From sequence record DRR723986_5073: a stretch of 64,000 nt of DNA. The stretch is one strand, 5' to 3'. Positions 29,705-38,900 of this stretch are shown here, in pieces; position 1 is the stretch's first letter; the number at the start of each line of letters is the position of its first letter. The notes under the pieces were generated by a model. The model saw nothing but the letters and a program-made list of their open reading frames with translations. It was not told where the DNA came from and ran no database searches. Position numbers and translations under genes: made by a program.

Positions 29705-31144
29705 ATGGCGCATACCCTCAAAAGATCAGGGGCCGCACTGGCCGTGGCGGCTCTCGCGGCCTGCGCGACCGGGCCTGAACCCGAACCGCTATCCGGGGAC
29801 CTGCTGATCCGCGATGTGCGCAAGATCGGGTTCGATGGCGAGACGCCGGCGATCCGTGAGAACGCCTATGTGCTGGTGAAGGACGGGAAGATCCTCGCCG
29901 TTCGCGATACGGCTGACGGCCTGTCGGCGCCGGAAACGGTGGACGGTGCCGGGCAGACCATGGTGCCGGGCCTGACCGACATGCATGTCCATATCTGGGA
30001 TGAGGCGGAGCTGGGCGCTTACCTTTCCTGGGGCGTGACGCGGGTGCGCAATATGTCCGGCCTGTCGTTCCATTTGCCGTTGGCGAGGCAGATCGAGGCG
30101 GGCGAGGTGATGGGGCCGCATCTCGTCACGACCGGGCCGATCCTGAACAGCCAGGGTGCAAATGCGCAGATCAATCACCAGATCGTCGAAACGGCAGATG
30201 AAGCCCGCGACTCGGTTCGCTGGCAGGCCGAGGCTGGTTTTGACCGGATCAAGGTCTACTCCAACCTGACGCGGCCGGCCTATGAAGCCATCATCGACGA
30301 GGCCGCCGCGCGCAGCATGCCGGTCTCGGGCCACACGCCGGAGGGCGTACGGGAAGACGGAATGCCGGACGAAAAGCCGTTCGACATTTCATTCGAGGAA
30401 GTCCTGGCCGATCATTTCGAGACCATCGAACACATCGAATCTGTTGTCTGGCATGGCCTGCGCAATCGGCATGATGAAGACGCCGCCCGGGAACTTGCCC
30501 GGAAGATCGCCGCAGAAGGCGTGCCGGTGACGTCCACACTTCTGGCGCACCGCAATCTGGTGCTGGTGGCCGAGACGGACGGTGCTGCTGTCAGCCGTCC
30601 GGGTACAGAGTTCCTGAATGCGGTCGAGCAGCAGACCGAGGTGGAGCACCAGACTTTCTGGGCAGGGCAGGATCCGGTACCGGCGGCAGAGGATGCCGCC
30701 TTTTATGCCCGGGTTGCAAAGATCTTCCAGGAAGAAGGCGTGACCCTGCTGGCCGGCACGGATGCGGGCATCTTCACCAATATTCCCGGCAAGTCGCTGG
30801 GCGAGGAACTTGTCCTGCTGGCCGATGCAGGCCTGACGCCTTATGAAGTGCTTCGGTCAGCGACCTACACGCCGTCAGTGGTGCTGGGCACGGCGGGGCA
30901 GGATGGCTGTGTCGAGGCCGGGTGCGCGGCGGATCTGGTCCTGCTGCCCTGCGATCCCCTGGCGGACATCGCCTGCGCCACAGAACCGGCCGGGCTCGTC
31001 TATCGCGGGGCATGGCTGGATCGCGCGGCGCTGGATGGGCTGCGCCAGTCTTCGGCCCAGCAGAATCCCGAACGGACGATGACGAACGTGTTTGGCGGGC
31101 TCGCCGAATATGGTGTCGATCTGAGCGGGCTGACGGGCGAATAG
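29705..31144 (+). CDS. Amidohydrolase-family lipoprotein
   Basis: Lipobox LAAC, PGLTDMHVH, LAGTDAG, ADLVLL. Confidence 0.88.
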   Translation: MAHTLKRSGAALAVAALAACATGPEPEPLSGDLLIRDVRKIGFDGETPAIRENAYVLVKDGKILAVRDTADGLSAPETVDGAGQTMVPGLTDMHVHIWDEAELGAYLSWGVTRVRNMSGLSFHLPLARQIEAGEVMGPHLVTTGPILNSQGANAQINHQIVETADEARDSVRWQAEAGFDRIKVYSNLTRPAYEAIIDEAAARSMPVSGHTPEGVREDGMPDEKPFDISFEEVLADHFETIEHIESVVWHGLRNRHDEDAARELARKIAAEGVPVTSTLLAHRNLVLVAETDGAAVSRPGTEFLNAVEQQTEVEHQTFWAGQDPVPAAEDAAFYARVAKIFQEEGVTLLAGTDAGIFTNIPGKSLGEELVLLADAGLTPYEVLRSATYTPSVVLGTAGQDGCVEAGCAADLVLLPCDPLADIACATEPAGLVYRGAWLDRAALDGLRQSSAQQNPERTMTNVFGGLAEYGVDLSGLTGE

Positions 31145-31159
31145 GCAAACCGGAAGGCG

Positions 31160-31260
31160 CGCCATGCCGTGGATGTGTGGTCCAGGAATGGCGGTTTGCC
31201 CGCCGCCAGGCGATTTGGGGGGAGTGCGGCGGGCAAAACGCGGGACGCTGCGAGGCGTCC
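31160..31260 (-). ncRNA. Candidate sRNA, orphan copy of the two-hairpin C-rich-loop family
   Basis: Minus strand GTCCCGCG TTTTGCCCGCCGC-ACTCCCCCCAAATCGCCTG-GCGGCGGGCAAA C CGCCAT...ATGGCG. Shares its upstream motif with array unit 4. Confidence 0.55.
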
Positions 31261-31341
31261 TTGATTTCAAACGCTTGAGCGCCTGGAATCCGTCGCGGAA
31301 ATTTGCCCGGCGGACGATTTTTTTTACCGAGCACATAGCCC

Positions 31342-32403
31342 TCAGGCGTGCGGGTCGATCAGGATCTTGATTTCATGAGGATCCTTGGCGAGCGCATCGA
31401 AAGCGGCCTCCGTGCTGGCCAGCGGCTGGCGGCTGGTAATCAGCCGGGCGGCCTGATCGGCATGGGCTTCGATCAGGTGAAGCGCCGTGCTGAATTCCTC
31501 CGGACGGTAGGCGAAGCTGAACTCCAGCGTCAGCTCCCGCGTGATCCCCTCCAGCGGCGTGATCTTCTCTTCATGCGGGCAGACGCCGACCACGATGATG
31601 TGGGCATGTGCCGGGGCCGACTGGATGATCTGACCCATGACGCCGGGCGCGCCGGTGCATTCGAAAATGTTCAGCCCATGCGGCTGGCCGCGGAAGTCCC
31701 GCGCCAGCAGCGGTGACATCAGGGCCGGATCATGGCCGAGATCGCTCCAGCGCTCGTAGGGGCTGTCATTGGCCGGGTCGAGCACGATGTCGGCGCCGAG
31801 GCTGGCGGCAACCGCGCGGCGTTCGGCCGAAAAATCCGCCGCAAGGATTGGCCCCCGCCCGGCGATCTTCAGTGCCAGAATGACGGCAAGCCCCACCGGG
31901 CCACAGCCGATCACCATGTTCGGGCCGTCATTGCGGTTTGCAAGGTTCACGGCGTGCAGTCCGACCGAGAGGGGCTCGGTCAGCGCCGCGAGGTCGTCCG
32001 GAATGCCGTCCGGCACGCGGAAGGTGCGCTCGGCATCGATACAGGAGAGCGTGGCGAGCCCGCCGCTGTGGAGAGGCGAGAGACCGATACAGGCTGGGCC
32101 ATCGTGGCTGTGCGTGAAGGGCAGGCCGGTGACCCTGTCTCCGGGTTTCAGGTCTGTCTCCGTACCCGGAGCAATGCCGATTACGCGGGCGGAGAATTCA
32201 TGGCCGGGCACGATCACGGGCAGCTGGTCTTGCGCTTCCGGCGGCGTGGCGTCTGCCAGTTCCGCCATCTGCTTGCGCAGGCTGAGGTCGCTGCCGCAGA
32301 TGCCGTTGAAAAGCGGCTGGACCAGAAGCTGGCCGGCGGCGGGGGACGGGTCGGGCAGGTCCGAGATGCGAAAGGCTTTTCCCTGCAGGGTGAGCGCGCG
32401 CAT
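31342..32403 (-). CDS. Zinc-binding medium-chain dehydrogenase
   Basis: GICGSD, GHE, LTEPLSVGLHA, GCGPVG. Confidence 0.9.
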   Translation of the reverse strand: MRALTLQGKAFRISDLPDPSPAAGQLLVQPLFNGICGSDLSLRKQMAELADATPPEAQDQLPVIVPGHEFSARVIGIAPGTETDLKPGDRVTGLPFTHSHDGPACIGLSPLHSGGLATLSCIDAERTFRVPDGIPDDLAALTEPLSVGLHAVNLANRNDGPNMVIGCGPVGLAVILALKIAGRGPILAADFSAERRAVAASLGADIVLDPANDSPYERWSDLGHDPALMSPLLARDFRGQPHGLNIFECTGAPGVMGQIIQSAPAHAHIIVVGVCPHEEKITPLEGITRELTLEFSFAYRPEEFSTALHLIEAHADQAARLITSRQPLASTEAAFDALAKDPHEIKILIDPHA

Positions 32404-33189
32404 CTAGGCCCCCGGCATGCCGGCAAACAGCGCCACTTCGGGCTGGCCTGTGTGCGCGGTGGTGCCGCCGTCTGCCACGACGATGGAGCCGGTCATGTAG
32501 GACGCGGCATCCGAGGCGAGGAAAGCGACGACGTTTGCCATCTCCTCCGGCTGTGCGCCGCGGCCCATCGGAATGCGCTTGTGCCATTCCTGCGGCAGGC
32601 CGGGCATCTCGTTCATGCCTGCGGTGATGGGCGTTTCGACAAGGCCCGGGCACAGTGCATTCACGCGAATGCCGTCGCGGGCATGATCTATGGCGAGCGC
32701 CCGCGTATAATTGATTACCGCGCCCTTGGCCGCGTTGTAGGCGGCAAACCTGTAGTCCCCACCCAGGCCTGAAATGGATGCCGTATTCACAATGGCACTG
32801 CCGCGCGGCATGTGCGGAACGGCATGGTGGCAGGCGTAGTAGACGCTGTGCAGGTCCACCGCGATCACCTGTTCCCACTGGTCGGGCAGCAATTCCACAG
32901 TGTTCGCAAAACTGCCGATACCGGCATTGTTGAAGAGAATGTCGATCCGTCCGTGTGCGTCGGCGGCGGCCTTGATCAGGGCGGCGACATCCGCCTCTTT
33001 CGAGACATCGCAGGTCACCGCCATGGCATCCGGTCCAAGCGACGCGGCAAGGGCATTTGCCGCGTCTTCGGAGATGTCGGCGAGCACGACCCTGGCACCT
33101 TCACCGGCCATCAATCGTGCGGTTGCCGCACCGATGCCAGAGGCTGCACCGGTGATGACGGCAACCTTGTCTTCAAATCTGTTTGTCAT
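32404..33189 (-). CDS. Short-chain dehydrogenase/reductase
   Basis: TGAASGIG, NNAG, YNAAK, NALCPG. Confidence 0.94.
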   Translation of the reverse strand: MTNRFEDKVAVITGAASGIGAATARLMAGEGARVVLADISEDAANALAASLGPDAMAVTCDVSKEADVAALIKAAADAHGRIDILFNNAGIGSFANTVELLPDQWEQVIAVDLHSVYYACHHAVPHMPRGSAIVNTASISGLGGDYRFAAYNAAKGAVINYTRALAIDHARDGIRVNALCPGLVETPITAGMNEMPGLPQEWHKRIPMGRGAQPEEMANVVAFLASDAASYMTGSIVVADGGTTAHTGQPEVALFAGMPGA

Positions 33190-33204
33190 CCGATGGCCAC
33201 TCCG

Positions 33205-33744
33205 TCAGGACAGGACTGAGCTGGGAGGAGACTCGTCTGCCCATGCGGAGCGGCGCTCGGAGATAACCTCCGAAATCTTCTGCCAGGCCGGCAGCGTCTT
33301 CGCGAGGAATTTGATATCGAAGTCTTCCTGGGTGCGGAATTCAAGCACTTCCACGCCGTCGGGGCCGGGCGTGTAGCGATAGGCCTTGCCCGCACCCAGG
33401 AAGAAACCGTCGCCTGGGCCCAGCGTGTCTGTGCCCAGTTGGAGGCTGCCAGCGACGATATAATAGAGACAATCGGAATTGTGCGTATGAAGAGGGAGTG
33501 GGAAACCGCTCTTGAACCAGGCATAGGTGAGGCTGAAGCCCGGCTGGGAGAAAAGGGTCTTGACCACATTGCCTTCGGCGAACCCAGCTTCTAGCGCCGC
33601 GCCGATGCCGGCTTCGAGGTCTGGTGTCATGTCCGCCACTTCCATATGCGCGGTCTCGTCCAGCGAGGGCGCCTCAGATGTCCGGAAAATCTGGTAGCCG
33701 GTTGTGGCCGGCTTTTCGGTGACGGATGCGTCGCTCATCTTCAT
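33205..33744 (-). CDS. Cupin-domain protein
   Basis: PLHTHNSDCLYYIVAGSL...LGPGDGFF; SD GGAGG before ATG 33744. Confidence 0.82.
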   Translation of the reverse strand: MKMSDASVTEKPATTGYQIFRTSEAPSLDETAHMEVADMTPDLEAGIGAALEAGFAEGNVVKTLFSQPGFSLTYAWFKSGFPLPLHTHNSDCLYYIVAGSLQLGTDTLGPGDGFFLGAGKAYRYTPGPDGVEVLEFRTQEDFDIKFLAKTLPAWQKISEVISERRSAWADESPPSSVLS

Positions 33745-33844
33745 GTTCCTCCCAGAGGCCGCGATGGGGTTCGGGCCATGATCGCAAGTGCCGGGCTTGG
33801 GCCCGTGTCTCTCTGCCTGAACTACGCTAGCGCGAAATTTAGAA

Positions 33845-33860
33845 TAGTCAACACTGACTA
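33845..33860. promoter_or_regulatory. Inverted repeat TAGTCA-ACAC-TGACTA, probable TetR operator
   Basis: AT-rich palindrome between the divergent cupin operon and the TetR gene. Confidence 0.6.
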
Positions 33861-33938
33861 GTATTGGGCGAGCGTGGTTGACGCGAGCGGACCTCTGCTC
33901 ATTATCGGCGCCGGGCAGGGCAGGAAGCGGCAAACGGT

Positions 33939-34568
33939 ATGACCGAAACGAAAGAGCGTTCAGAACGCCGGCGAACCCGCCGCGGCGAGGAAACCCGCCG
34001 GCAGCTGATCGAAGCCTGCATCGATTGCCTGAACGAGCGCGGCTATGCCGGCACCTCAATCGAAGCCGTCATGTCGAAAGCCGGGATCAGCCGCGGATCC
34101 GTCCTGAACCAGTTCCCGACCCGGCTGGACCTTATGACCGCGACCATCGAAGCTGCGATGCGCGGCATGATGGCCGACACCAGCGCCCGGTTCGCCCGGA
34201 TTTCAGATCCGGTCGAGCGCCTTCGCCGCCTGTGCGACCTCTACTGGGAAACGCAATGCCTGCCGGTGTCGGCGGCGGTGACGGAAGTGCTGCTGGCGGC
34301 GCGCTGGGACACTGAACTGGGGGCCATGCTGGGCCGAGTCACCAAGGAAATCGAGATCGAGCTGGACGCCGAAACGCGGCGGCGCGGCGAAGAAGCGGGC
34401 GTCAACGACATCGAAGCGCTGGTCGTGCATGCGCGCATGCTGATCCTGTCGCTGCGCGGCATGACGCTGGAACTCATGTTCGACCCGGACCGGCAGATCA
34501 TTCACCATGCGCTGGAGGAAATCCGCACATCGCACCAGGCTTTCTGCGACAGGATGCTGGCAGGCTAG
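33939..34568 (+). CDS. TetR-family transcriptional regulator
   Basis: LIEACIDCLNERGYAGTSIEAVMSKAGISRGSVLNQFPTRLDL HTH. Confidence 0.9.
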   Translation: MTETKERSERRRTRRGEETRRQLIEACIDCLNERGYAGTSIEAVMSKAGISRGSVLNQFPTRLDLMTATIEAAMRGMMADTSARFARISDPVERLRRLCDLYWETQCLPVSAAVTEVLLAARWDTELGAMLGRVTKEIEIELDAETRRRGEEAGVNDIEALVVHARMLILSLRGMTLELMFDPDRQIIHHALEEIRTSHQAFCDRMLAG

Positions 34569-35443
34569 GCCGGCAGCTTGTCCGGATTGCGCATGATATA
34601 GAGCCAGGCAATGCGGCCGTCGACGCCGGGGGCGAGCGTGATGACGAAATCCACCTGTCCATTCACGCGGCGCAAAATGGCCGGGGTGCCATTCGCATGG
34701 CCGGGTTCCAGCGTCCATGGTGTCGTCTCTGCCATCTTTGCGGACTTTTCCGTCACCGCGAACAGAACCTGCACGATTTCGGTCGCACCGTTCAGTGGAC
34801 GGAGGGCCGCGCGCGCTTTCTTTCCGCCGTCGGAATAAGCGATGGCGCCGGGCGAGAACAGGGAGAGAGCCGTCTCGTGGTCCTGTGCGGTAGCGGCGCT
34901 CATGAAGCGCTGCAGCAGTGAGGACACTTCGTCCGGCGAGGCGTCAAAGCGCGGGCCGCTTTCCTGCAAACGTTTGTGCGCCCGGCTGACCAGCTGGCGG
35001 CAGGCAGCCTCCGACTTGCCGGTCGCCGCCGAGATCTCGTCATAGCCGGCATCGAAGGCTTCGCGCAGGATGAAGGCGGCCCGCTCCTTTTCCGACAGGC
35101 GTTCCATCGCCCAGAGCAGGGCAAGCTCGCACTCTTGTGCCAGCGCAAAGCGTTCCTCAATGCCCAGGCTTTCGCTCTGCACCAGTGGCTCCGGTAGCCA
35201 CGGGCCGGGATAGGTTTCCCGCCGTGCCCGGGCGGACCGAAGCGCATCGATGGCGATCCGTGTGGCGGTGCGGCGCAGCCAGGCACGCGGGTTTTCGATA
35301 GCGTCGTGATCGGCCCGCTCCCAGCGCAGCCAGGTGTCCTGTACCGCATCTTCGGCGCCGGCGCGCTCGCCCAGCATGCGGTAACACAGGGCCGTCAGGG
35401 CCGGGCGTTCGGCTTCGAACAGGGCGGTGTCGGCGGTACTCAT
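34565..35443 (-). CDS. ECF sigma factor, ECF41/SigJ type with C-terminal SnoaL-like extension
   Basis: YRMLG..AEDAVQD, RRETYPGPWLPEP, ACRQLVSRA, DGGKK, MRNPDKL. Confidence 0.92.
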   Translation of the reverse strand: MSTADTALFEAERPALTALCYRMLGERAGAEDAVQDTWLRWERADHDAIENPRAWLRRTATRIAIDALRSARARRETYPGPWLPEPLVQSESLGIEERFALAQECELALLWAMERLSEKERAAFILREAFDAGYDEISAATGKSEAACRQLVSRAHKRLQESGPRFDASPDEVSSLLQRFMSAATAQDHETALSLFSPGAIAYSDGGKKARAALRPLNGATEIVQVLFAVTEKSAKMAETTPWTLEPGHANGTPAILRRVNGQVDFVITLAPGVDGRIAWLYIMRNPDKLPA

Positions 35444-35976
35444 GCGGCGAGCTTCACGACCTTGCCGCCAAAGTCCAGCCTGTGGCAGGCCTGCCCGTGG
35501 CCGAGGCCGCGCTTCAGTACCGGATAGATACGGCCCGATGCCGCCGCGAAGGCGCAGGAGAGCGCGGCTTTCCTGCCGAACTCGCTTTCGATCTCGCGGC
35601 GCAGATCGTCGGCAGCGACGTCTCCGGCGATGGCGGCGCAGGCGAAGCGGAAGCCGAGCCCCATGGCACCGGCATCTTTCGGGCGGCCTTCCGCGCAGGC
35701 CTGTAAGGCGTCCGCATCGGCGCCGTTGGCCAGCGCCATGTCGACGACCAGCTGGGCACACGGGCCGCAATCGCCTTCCAGCGTGGAGGCCAGCAGCGCG
35801 CCGGTCCAGACCGGGAGGCCGTTTGCAGGGCCGCGATATTTGTAAAAGTTCGGCAGGCGGGACAGCGAGATTGCCGCGCCGGGCGAGACATCCGCGATTT
35901 CGTGCATATAGGTCACGTCATAGCGGAAGGCGCGGCCGAATTTGCGGATCTGGGAATGAAGGAACTTGCGGATCAT
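35440..35976 (-). CDS. AhpD/carboxymuconolactone decarboxylase-like protein
   Basis: EGDCGPCAQL CxxC motif; SD AAGGAG; typical ECF41 partner position. Confidence 0.7.
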   Translation of the reverse strand: MIRKFLHSQIRKFGRAFRYDVTYMHEIADVSPGAAISLSRLPNFYKYRGPANGLPVWTGALLASTLEGDCGPCAQLVVDMALANGADADALQACAEGRPKDAGAMGLGFRFACAAIAGDVAADDLRREIESEFGRKAALSCAFAAASGRIYPVLKRGLGHGQACHRLDFGGKVVKLAA

Positions 35977-36359
35977 GTTCTGATCTCCTTGCGTGTGAAA
36001 TTGAGGGCGGCGGCGAGGGCCAGCCAGGCCGGGATCTGGATGCCGGTGAGGTTCACAAAGGCGATCTGGTCGAGCGGCACACCGCGTGCGAACCAGATCC
36101 AGATATGGAAGAGGGCATGCAGGGTGGGCCACGCTGCGCCGCAGACGGCAGCGGTGCGGTCAAGCTGCAGGGCGCCATAGGCCAGCGCGCCGGCACTCAT
36201 TCCGAAGGCAAGGGCGATGTCCCGCACGAAGTGCAGGTTGAACGGGCCCATCATCGCAACGCCGGGCACCGTCTCGTACCAGGTGTGCGGCGCGAACCAC
36301 ATGATCAGCGCATTGGTGAAGTGGGCTGCCGCAATAAGCAGAAGGATCGGTCTCCACAT
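35973..36359 (-). CDS. Small integral membrane protein
   Basis: Four hydrophobic segments, GPFNLHFVRDI; first gene of the ECF41 operon. Confidence 0.78.
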   Translation of the reverse strand: MWRPILLLIAAAHFTNALIMWFAPHTWYETVPGVAMMGPFNLHFVRDIALAFGMSAGALAYGALQLDRTAAVCGAAWPTLHALFHIWIWFARGVPLDQIAFVNLTGIQIPAWLALAAALNFTRKEIRT

Positions 36360-36384
36360 GTCATGTCTCCTGTTTCAGAGACAT

Positions 36385-36411
36385 GACGAGACAGTGCCCG
36401 GTTTTGTGACA
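36385..36411 (-). promoter_or_regulatory. ECF41 target promoter TGTCACA-N16-CGTC
   Basis: Exact match to the established ECF41 consensus, upstream of the operon that contains the ECF41 gene. Confidence 0.88.
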
Positions 36412-36415
36412 GTGC

Positions 36416-38296
36416 CTAGGAGGCAGCTTCCAGCGCTTCGGCGGCTTCGAGCCAGGCGTGTTCGGCTTCTTCGGCCGTTTCGGCGTGGGTGGCGCGGGTT
36501 TTCAGGAGCGTTTCAAGCTCTTCCGGCGGCGAGGTGCCTTCGGCGAGTTTCGCGTCGATCTTTGCGATGGCGGCGTTCGCCTTTTCCATCCGCTCCTCGG
36601 CGTCTCGGGCCTGTTTCTTCAGGGCCGAGAGGCGTTTCTTGTCTTCCGGCGAGGCGGCGGGTTTCGGGGCGGCCTGCTTCGGTTTCGTGTCTTTCGACCT
36701 GGCCTCCTTCGCCTCGGCGCGGTCGGCCTTCATGACGAGGGCGCGGTAGTCTGCGAGGTCCCCGTCATAGGTTGTCGCGCGGCCATCCTTGACCAGCCAC
36801 AGCCGGTCGGCCGTCGCTTCGGCAAGATAGACGTCGTGCGTGATGAGCAGGACGGCGCCGGGGAAGTCGTTCAGCGCGTAGATCAGTGCCTCGCGGCTGT
36901 CGATGTCGAGGTGGGAGGTCGGTTCGTCGAGGATCAGGATATGCGGCGCCGAATGGGACATGAGGCCCAGCAGCAGGCGAACTTTTTCGCCGCCCGACAG
37001 TTTCTCGACCTTGGTTTCCACTTTCTCCGCCGAGAAGCCCATGGCGGCCGCAGCGGCGCGCACTTTCGCGGGTGGCGTGTCCGGCGGCAGCAGGCGGCGC
37101 ACATGGTCCAGCACGCTGTCGCCTTCGGACAGCTCGTCCAGCTGGTCCTGCGAGAAATAGCCGATGCGCACGGCCTTGGGTGTCACGCGCTTGCCTGCCA
37201 TCAGCGGCAGGCGTTCGGCGATGGATTTAACCAGCGTCGTCTTGCCCTGTCCGTTGGCGCCGACGATGGCGATGCGGTCGTCCGGGTCCAGACGAAGGTT
37301 AACCTTCGACAGGATACGCGCGCCTTCGCCATAGCCGAGATCGGCATCCTTCAGTTCCAGCATCGGCGGGGCCAGCTTGTCGGCGGGCGGCGGGAAGTGG
37401 AATGGCGTGGTGCGGTCGGCAACGGGAATGGAGATGTCCTGCATCTTCTCCAGCATCTTGATGCGGGACTGCGCCTGCCGGGCCTTTGAGGCCTTGGCCC
37501 GGAACCGGTCGACGAAGCTCTGCAGGTGGGCGCGTTCCTTGGCCTGTTTCGCTTGCTGGGACTCCAGCTGAGCCAGCTTGGCGGCGCGAAGTTTCAGCCA
37601 GTCATCATAGCCGCCGGGCGTGATGGACAGCTTCTTGTGTTCCAGCGCCATCGTGTGGGTCACGCAGCGGTTCAGCATTTCCCGGTCGTGGCTGACGATC
37701 AGGACTGTGTACGGATATTTCCGGATATAGGTTTCCAGCCAGGCGGCGCCCTCGAGGTCCAGATAGTTGGTTGGCTCGTCCAGCAACAGGAAGTCCGGCT
37801 GGGAGAAGAGCACGCCGGCAATGGCCGCGCGCATGCGCCAGCCGCCGGAGAATTCCTTCGTGGCGCGGGAGAGGTCTTCATCCGAAAATCCAAGCCCGTG
37901 CAGCACTTCGGCGGCGCGGGCCTCTGCCGACCAGGCGTCGATATCCATCAGGCGTTCGTGGATCTCGCCGATCCGGTTCGGATCCGTCGCGGTCTCGGCT
38001 TCCTGCATCAGGGCGTGGCGCTCGGTGTCGGCGGCGAGGACGACCTCCAGCACGGTCTCGTCGGTCGGGGCGACTTCCTGGGCCACCCAGCCAAGCCGGG
38101 CGCCGGTGTTCAGCCGGATCGCGGCGTCATTGGTCGGGTGTTCCACATCCTCCCGGATCAGGCGCAGCAGGGTCGACTTGCCGGTGCCATTGCGGCCGAC
38201 AAGACCGACTTTCCAGCCGGCCGAGATCTGCGCGGAGGCAGACTCGAACAGGGGCCGGGCTTCAACCTGGAAATCGAGGTTCGTGATGGTGAGCAT
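36416..38296 (-). CDS. ABC-F family ATP-binding protein (YheS-like)
   Basis: Two ABC domains (GRNGTGKST/FSGGWRMR/LLDEPTNYLD; GANGQGKTT/LSGGEK/ILDEPTSHLD), no TM segments, C-terminal coiled coil. Confidence 0.95.
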   Translation of the reverse strand: MLTITNLDFQVEARPLFESASAQISAGWKVGLVGRNGTGKSTLLRLIREDVEHPTNDAAIRLNTGARLGWVAQEVAPTDETVLEVVLAADTERHALMQEAETATDPNRIGEIHERLMDIDAWSAEARAAEVLHGLGFSDEDLSRATKEFSGGWRMRAAIAGVLFSQPDFLLLDEPTNYLDLEGAAWLETYIRKYPYTVLIVSHDREMLNRCVTHTMALEHKKLSITPGGYDDWLKLRAAKLAQLESQQAKQAKERAHLQSFVDRFRAKASKARQAQSRIKMLEKMQDISIPVADRTTPFHFPPPADKLAPPMLELKDADLGYGEGARILSKVNLRLDPDDRIAIVGANGQGKTTLVKSIAERLPLMAGKRVTPKAVRIGYFSQDQLDELSEGDSVLDHVRRLLPPDTPPAKVRAAAAAMGFSAEKVETKVEKLSGGEKVRLLLGLMSHSAPHILILDEPTSHLDIDSREALIYALNDFPGAVLLITHDVYLAEATADRLWLVKDGRATTYDGDLADYRALVMKADRAEAKEARSKDTKPKQAAPKPAASPEDKKRLSALKKQARDAEERMEKANAAIAKIDAKLAEGTSPPEELETLLKTRATHAETAEEAEHAWLEAAEALEAAS

Positions 38297-38370
38297 GCGC
38301 GGGTGTGTAACCGGGCCTGTGGTGAAAGCAAGGCCGGGAATGATACTGAAGAAATTCTGTGCAGTGGCGG

Positions 38371-38500
38371 GAAAAGGGGCCCGCCATGCCTATCAATCCG
38401 GGGGGCAGGACTAGGCATGGCGGGCTGTTCGCTGTCCCCGAGTGCGGTGGGAGAATGGGGAAATGGTATCCACAGCGAAGAAGGCCCAAAGTGCGGGCTT
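38371..38500 (-). ncRNA. Candidate sRNA unit 1 of tandem array
   Basis: Stems (plus-strand) TTCGCTGT/ACAGCGAA (38428-38479) and GCCCGCCATGCCTA/TAGGCATGGCGGGC (38379-38425); C-rich loops and a U-run on the minus strand. Confidence 0.65.
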
Positions 38501-38554
38501 CACAGACAGGACGTTTCGGTCCGGCGCTTTATCCAGAACTTTTTCGCTGACCTG

Positions 38555-38650
38555 AGAAAAAAGAGGAGCCCGCCGTGCCGGTCAGGATTTCCGGCCCGGC
38601 GGGCAGTCCGCGTCTGACAGTTTCAGGGCTGTCACAGCGAACGGGACTCT
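38555..38650 (-). ncRNA. Candidate sRNA unit 2 of tandem array
   Basis: Starts GTCCCGTTCGCTGT on the minus strand; hairpins at 38606-38642 and 38568-38604; then TTTTTT. Confidence 0.65.
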
Positions 38651-38702
38651 TGAACATGACGCCTGGCGCGCGCGATTTATCCATATCGGCCGAAAAACGA
38701 GA

Positions 38703-38806
38703 GAAAACCCGCCATGTCGTCTATCGCGGGGGGTGAGGACGGGACGACATGGCGGGCGGTTCGCCGTTCGGTTTCCAGGGGGGGAAGAAACGTTTCGAAC
38801 GGGACC
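38703..38806 (-). ncRNA. Candidate sRNA unit 3 of tandem array
   Basis: Starts GGTCCCGTTCG; 14-bp stem CCCGCCATGTCGTC/GACGACATGGCGGG (38708-38756); C6/C7 loops; then TTTT. Confidence 0.65.
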
Positions 38807-38900
38807 TCTCTCGTCCTTTCCATATGGGAGAAGCAGGCGTCGTTTCCATGGTATTCACGCGTTCGTGAGAGGTGAAATTCCGGTAAGGAATCGGGGCCAG

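Noticed and set aside
36416-38296. Antibiotic-resistance ABC-F controlled by the upstream hairpins as attenuators
   Set aside because: The protein looks like a housekeeping YheS-type ABC-F and has its own promoter-like motif just before the ATG. The hairpin units have separate promoter motifs and a copy elsewhere.
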